A DNA stretch of 64,000 nucleotides from Fibrobacteria bacterium. Its GTDB lineage: Bacteria > Fibrobacterota > Chitinivibrionia > Chitinivibrionales > FEN-1185. Shown here one piece after another: positions 58,516 to 64,000 of this stretch. The notes under the pieces were generated by a model. It did not search any database and was not told the DNA's origin. It saw only the letters and a list, made by a program, of their open reading frames with translations. The DNA lies in contig JBBIGR010000005.1 in NCBI GenBank assembly GCA_037447435.1, positions 64,001 through 128,000 on the forward strand, given 5' to 3'. Numbering within the stretch: the stretch's first letter is position 1; every line of letters starts with the position of its first letter. The translations under genes were made by a program, and so were the position numbers.

Positions 58516-60234
58516 TTATCGCAAGAGCGGAATACTTTGATGCATAAAACTTCCATCGGCAAATACATACTTGGCATACAAAATACTGGAGACAATATGA
58601 GGCAGATTGAGGTAAATGTTTCTATTATTATCAACGGAAACAAATTGTAAAAGCTGGCCCTTTACCGTATATAGCGAAATTGATTTAAGAACATTTTTCT
58701 GACTCATGTTTATGGAAAAAACAGCTCTCGACCCAATAACATGGCACGAAACATATTCTCTTATTAATTCGGATTTCCTATTTACAACAGCAACGGTGGG
58801 ATTGTTAGTGATCTTTAAGGAATTTAATCCGGTTCTCACGAGAATCACGTCCCCTGCAGCCCATTGCTTTGTGCTCGTGAAAGCATAATCGACCCATGAA
58901 TTGGCCTGACAAAGGGGCAAATATTTACCCAACATGCACTGCATATCGGTCTGAATTGAAAAAGGAGAAAGAATAAGCCGGACGATTCCAGTTTTAAGTC
59001 GCAGGGAATCGGTTGGGCATTGGCTATCGCCCCCGACAGTTACAATAGAATATTGACCGTTATTTTTTAAATCGATAGTATCTTTAACCGAAAAGGAAAA
59101 ATCGGCATAACTATTATCCGGATCGCTCAGAGTGATGCTGACGGTATCTTTTTTAGTCGGTGAATATTGATAATTGAAATTATTCGAATAGGCAAATGGC
59201 TTGGTCGATGCAATCCTCGACGGATAATCATAATAGGTGATCGCCGATTTTTTCCATGCGGCGTCAATCAATTCGACCCCGGCACCGTCCCACCGATCCG
59301 TAAAATTCCCATATACATAGTCTGCGTTTCCGACTTTTTTATAGGCCCAAACCGAATCAATATAGGTCAACAATGTTCCTTGTTTGCCAACGGCTCCTTT
59401 TGAGTAGATATTCATTATCGCCGTATGCCCGAACATCCCTTTAAATGCAAATACATTGGCATTTTTAGCATACAATGCGCCGGACGACGTACCGGCATAT
59501 CCGTTGCCGACGCAAAACACCGTATCGGTTGTTGCTAAATCATATTTTATTTCACTTCCCCATTGATCATTTGCCAAAGGAATATACCGGAGTAATCCTT
59601 GGGATCCGCAAATCCATACTCCGATATCCTTGTTAAGCGTCGAATCAAATTGACCCAGAACACGAATAATTTCTTGTGCTGCAGAAAGCGAAGTCAATTT
59701 TAAAGTGTCCTGCTTCAGTATCGCCTGATTGGCGATTGAAACCGATAACGATAGGACTTGTTGTTGAGCCGTAGCCACCAATACATTGACAAAAGTTTTT
59801 CCGTATATCGCATTGTTCTTGGGTACATATAACGGCAAGGAATTGGCAAAGGCAATTCCGCTTGTCCTAATTTGAATCGGATCAAAAAATTCGACGACAC
59901 AAGGTGTGCAGCCGCCTTGGCAGGTATATGATGTTTTGACCATATACAATGCTTTAGTTTGACCAATAAACATTCCTATCGCACTATCCGCAAACCCGCA
60001 AATATCAAATCGCAAGGGGCCGGCATTACATATGGCATCTGAGGTAAGAATAAAAATGCTGTCGTATGCCGTTGCAGCCCAGTTTTTTCCTGTAAAAGCA
60101 GGATGCAAGAACGCAAACGAGTTATTATCGGAATTGCATTGAGCCTTACTGGAAGGAACAAATAATAAGCACAGCAGCATAATGGAAAGCCACCAATGTT
60201 TTAAGTGCGTGTGTTTATTTTTGTTCAAACTCAT
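58516..60234 (-). CDS. Hypothetical Cys-rich secreted protein with C-terminal sorting-like domain
   Basis: Signal peptide ending SKA-Q; beta-rich repeats (ICGSQGLL, AVGKQGTL); tail ISLYTVKGQLL. Confidence 0.65.
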   Translation of the reverse strand: MSLNKNKHTHLKHWWLSIMLLCLLFVPSSKAQCNSDNNSFAFLHPAFTGKNWAATAYDSIFILTSDAICNAGPLRFDICGFADSAIGMFIGQTKALYMVKTSYTCQGGCTPCVVEFFDPIQIRTSGIAFANSLPLYVPKNNAIYGKTFVNVLVATAQQQVLSLSVSIANQAILKQDTLKLTSLSAAQEIIRVLGQFDSTLNKDIGVWICGSQGLLRYIPLANDQWGSEIKYDLATTDTVFCVGNGYAGTSSGALYAKNANVFAFKGMFGHTAIMNIYSKGAVGKQGTLLTYIDSVWAYKKVGNADYVYGNFTDRWDGAGVELIDAAWKKSAITYYDYPSRIASTKPFAYSNNFNYQYSPTKKDTVSITLSDPDNSYADFSFSVKDTIDLKNNGQYSIVTVGGDSQCPTDSLRLKTGIVRLILSPFSIQTDMQCMLGKYLPLCQANSWVDYAFTSTKQWAAGDVILVRTGLNSLKITNNPTVAVVNRKSELIREYVSCHVIGSRAVFSINMSQKNVLKSISLYTVKGQLLQFVSVDNNRNIYLNLPHIVSSILYAKYVFADGSFMHQSIPLLR

Positions 60235-60256
60235 ATTGTTTCAAACGTTACATGCA

Positions 60257-62970
60257 TCATGGATTATAAATAATTACGGAACTGGTTGCTACCTTTTTAG
60301 CCGTATTGGCATCGCCCAGTATTCCGCCGACTATATAAATCTTATTTTGATAAGAAACAGCTGCACAATAACTTCTCGGCTCAGGGAGCTGCGCTTTAAC
60401 GCTCCATGAATTGCTTTGCGGATCATATTCTTCGATAGAGGCTAAGCCGGACCCCGATTTTGTACAACCTCCAATGGCGTATATTTTACCGTTTACAACG
60501 GTGGAGCATAGTAACGAGCAATTTTAAGGGAATCTACCGCAGTTTCAATCGCATTGGTTGCAGGATTAAACACCTCCATTGACGAAAGAGCCGAACCTTG
60601 CTCTAATGTTGCGGCTCCTCCCCAACCACCCATAATGTAAATTTTTCCACCGCTTGCAACCGCTTGAGAATAGGTCCTTGACGAATTTAAATACACCACT
60701 GTTTTAAGCACGCCGGTCGACAGGTCATATTCCAAGATTTTATTGCTTACATTTGTCGAACTCGTCATACCGCCGATGCTGTAAATTTTATTGCCGATCG
60801 AACATACTGCGTTGCCAATTAATGGAGAAGCCATTGTATATGCGGTCTGCCATGTTTGTCCTGTCGGCGAAATAGTGTCTATGGAGTTCGCATTTATCGC
60901 AGGTTTAAACTGCCCAACAACCTGGGCACCGCCTAAAACAACAATTGTATTTCCATTCGAAGCCATACCAAAATCAGAACGGGGTACGCTCAGTGAAATT
61001 GATTTTGTCCAGACCGAATTAACCGATAATGATTTTTTTTCGACTGCAGACATGGAATACGGTTGCATAGCTCCGGATTGACTGATGTACTGCGTACCGC
61101 CGGCAACATACAAAACATCATTCACCATTGTTGCTGCAACGGAAAACCTCGGTACTGCCATACTATCGGCGTACGACATGAAGCCGGATGTTGTCACAAC
61201 CACATTCCAGCGCAACGAATCCTTTGCCCCCAGAGGGTCGGAAACGTAAAAAACAATACGTTTGCTACCGGTATCGATTTGAGAAGGTGTCCATACAAAT
61301 GAATCCCCGGATATTGTACCATACGACGAGGATGCGGAGAAAGAAATGGAGTCTCCATTGATATCATGCGCGAGAAGCGATATTTTCATCCGGGAATTAA
61401 TCGAAACGGTTCTCGGTAATGTCGTCGAATCGATGGTAAAAACAGGAGGAGAATTTTTTATCCATGCAGTGCATATTTTTCCCGGGCGCGAAACATTGTT
61501 TTGACTATCGGCAACTATAACAAAGTATTGTGCAGGCCCGGTTTTATACGTCGAGATCGTTTGCACGGTGTCTGTTCGAACCGAAATCGTGTTGATCAAG
61601 GAATCTTTTAATTGGATTCTTTTAAATACCCGGTACGATGAAAATTCCTGGCTATTTGATTTTTGCCAATATAACGTGAGCGATGATAACGTCGAATCCG
61701 AACGGATGAGATCGACCGGATGAGGCCGTGTATGGACAGCAAGACTATCGACCCACGACATTCCTCTTTCATCAAGAGCCTTCACGAGTATTGTGCTGTT
61801 CCCGTCGTGCTGAAAAACGGTTTTAAGCGTATCGAGTCCCGCTTGTTGTAAAGCAATAACGGTTTTTAAAGGCGCCCTGCCCGTATCCTGCACATACCAA
61901 ACCAATTTTTTATTCGAGTAGCGATTATTTACAAAATGTACAATAACCGAAACCGAATCTCCTGCAACAATCGTATCTGAAGAAGTCGCGGCAATCGAAA
62001 ATTTAAAAATCGTTCTTGCATTATAGGGTGGAACAATTTGCATCGACACCGGCTGACTAAATAATCCCCTGTCGGCATTGTCAAATCCGGCTACGGAATA
62101 TTGGGCAGCAAATCGGGATGTGTCATTCAAATCCCGGTATAGCGTATCAAAAAAGATAGTATCGTTTTTTGAAATGGTGTCAAACCGGAACGCATTTCCA
62201 ATTTTGCCGTGACTGACGATATAACCCTGCAAATCATTTACCGGCAATTTGCTCCAAGAAACCGTTACACTCCCCTGGGCCGTATCGAGAAATGCATGAA
62301 GTGATCGCGGAGGGCCAAGCGGTTGATTTGGGTCAAGTGACAAAGAATCGATCCCGATATCCGCGGTATCACTCGAATGCACCACGATGGTATAAAGTCG
62401 CAACGGTAGATACGATTGTGCGGAAAAATAGACGGAGTAAGTATCTGGCGCAAGACCGGACATTACAAATTTGCCAGAGTCATCGGTTGTTGCTGAAATC
62501 GAAGTACCCGGGATGTAGCAATACGTACCTTCCATGGAATCTGGAGCAGAATATTTTACAATTTTTCCTTTTATAAATCCTGGTGCCAACATCACACAAC
62601 GCCCGACATTGATTTCATGGAAAACAGTGTCGGTATTCGGATCCTTTATTCCCCGGACGAGCACCACCAGCGTCTGATTCTTATAATTTCCATAAATGCT
62701 GTAGATGCCGCCGCCATGATCCCGTTTAATTTTGAAGCTGCCTTGATTGTCGGTAACGGCAAATGCAATAGAATCAAATGAAGTATCGGCAGTTGTGATC
62801 ATCGTATCCAGTCGAACAACCGCGCCTTGGACAGGTTTTCCGTCTTTATCTACCATTGTACCGACAACCTCGGAACCGCCGGTCATCACAACGGAACTGG
62901 ATTGCGTGCAAAGCAATTGCAATGCGCACAAGATGGTAAAAATAAGGCTTGTAAGTTTACGAAAGCTCAT
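60257..62970 (-). pseudogene. Large surface (lipo)protein: prealbumin-like, FN3 and Ig/cadherin-like domains plus Kelch propeller; frameshift near 60505
   Basis: ORF 62970-60493 ends inside a Kelch repeat; the shifted frame continues STVVNGKIYAIGG...EEYDP..NSW...KIYIVGG...IYNP* to 60257. Confidence 0.75.
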
Positions 62971-62982
62971 ATGGTATTAAAA

Positions 62983-63810
62983 TTAACGTTTGGGAACAGG
63001 ATTTGACAACGGGAAAACATGGAAATTAACATGGTATACCCTGTCCCTATTTTTATCGGCACGAACTATTTCCAAAATTTCTCTCCGAAAGGTTTTTAGG
63101 CGCTCATCAATTTGCTTGTATCCATCCGGCGAACAACTGAACGACAACGTCGACATACTTCGCTCTTCCCGCGGGTACCTGTCTATCGCTTTCCGAGCCA
63201 AGTCGATTGTCGAAACTAAAAAATTGGTGATCGCCACGGATTTGGCTTCATACCCGGTAGTAATAAATTCGTCGGTTTGGGAATATTGTCCTTGATCGGA
63301 TTTTTTAATAAACCCCATCTTTTCCAGGAGCTCGATTGATTTGCGGGCTTCGGTCGGCGTAATCGGCGGCGATACGCGTTTTGCAAGTTCGGCAAAATCC
63401 CCTTCGAATTTATATACGTCGAGCAGCTCCCGTATTGCCGTATGGTACCAAGTACTGTAAAACTCGTAATGCTGAGCGTCGGTAACTTTTATCTTTGACT
63501 TTTTAGATGAAAGGATTTTTTCAAAATAATATTTCTTTTGATCGTGATTCTTGGCTTGGTCAAAAAGAACAAGGAGTTCAAAATATTCGGTTTCATTGCG
63601 TTTGAGTTTGAATACTTGGGCGAATTTAAATATGAATTCCGAAGAAATATTTCTCTTGCGTTGAATGACATTGACAAAAAATCCGGCAGAACTGAATCCT
63701 ACTTTTTGTGCAATATATCGATAGGAGAAAAAGGGGAATTGGCTCTTTTTCTCCTCATATAAATCTTTAAGAAGTTTTCTGTAATCGATATATTCGTAAA
63801 TATCTACCAT
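62983..63810 (-). CDS. TIGR02147 family protein (N-terminal HTH-like region, DUF4423-like C-terminus)
   Basis: IYEY.DYR..L.D.Y, FSYR..A.K.GFSS, WYH.AIREL, LLEKMGFI, R.MSTLS, VYHVNFHVFPLS. Confidence 0.9.
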   Translation of the reverse strand: MVDIYEYIDYRKLLKDLYEEKKSQFPFFSYRYIAQKVGFSSAGFFVNVIQRKRNISSEFIFKFAQVFKLKRNETEYFELLVLFDQAKNHDQKKYYFEKILSSKKSKIKVTDAQHYEFYSTWYHTAIRELLDVYKFEGDFAELAKRVSPPITPTEARKSIELLEKMGFIKKSDQGQYSQTDEFITTGYEAKSVAITNFLVSTIDLARKAIDRYPREERSMSTLSFSCSPDGYKQIDERLKTFRREILEIVRADKNRDRVYHVNFHVFPLSNPVPKR

Positions 63811-63843
63811 ATAATCACTCTTTCACATCTCTATGTATTATAA

Positions 63844-63872
63844 AATATACGGGATTCGCATTGTTTTTTCAA
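63844..63872 (-). promoter_or_regulatory. sigma70-type promoter of the TIGR02147 cassette
   Basis: Minus strand TTGAAA-17 nt-TATATT. Confidence 0.55.
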
Positions 63873-63879
63873 GAGTGTG

Positions 63880-63918
63880 ACCTTAATAATGTTTTCTATG
63901 TGAAAACATTATTAAGGT
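63880..63918. repeat. Perfect 17-bp inverted repeat (candidate operator)
   Basis: ACCTTAATAATGTTTTC-TATGT-GAAAACATTATTAAGGT. Confidence 0.85.
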
Positions 63919-64000
63919 TTTAAAATTTGTTAGGCATTGATTTTAATATAATTAACTATTATTTTACGAACTTGACTGTGTTCATATATGTTTTTTTTCC

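Noticed and set aside
63880..63918. Fur box reading of the palindrome
   Set aside because: Arms resemble Fur half-sites, but the 17-5-17 geometry does not fit the 19-bp consensus
1..64000. CRISPR arrays, rRNA/tRNA, transposases, integrases, prophage or defence genes
   Set aside because: No spaced direct repeats, RNA-gene signatures or such protein motifs were recognised by eye

Overview
Gene-dense, AT-rich bacterial chromosomal window of mostly housekeeping and envelope genes. The TIGR02147-family gene and secreted proteins with T9SS-like C-terminal tails suggest a Fibrobacterota (Chitinivibrionia-like) organism (inference). In order: end of a nuo operon (nuoL'-M-N); hemE-hemH-hemY; an EamA gene with a frameshift and a leader-peptide/terminator; esterase; PAS hybrid kinase; RRM protein; a long + strand run (GT39, PlpD-like patatin, ATPase-less kinase plus lipoprotein, proB, proA, hisI, eda, alr, TPR, Nudix, FAD oxidase); namZ-murU-amgK; fprA behind an FNR-type box; GH84; hisS; sigma28-type fliD-fliS-fliT; a DnaA-box cluster with dnaA (no dnaN/rpmH alongside); kdsD, nadB, rpsU; and a TIGR02147-Kelch protein-secreted protein cassette with a perfect 17-bp upstream palindrome. 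No rRNA, tRNA, CRISPR array or mobile element was recognised. All product calls come from motifs read by eye, not from database searches.
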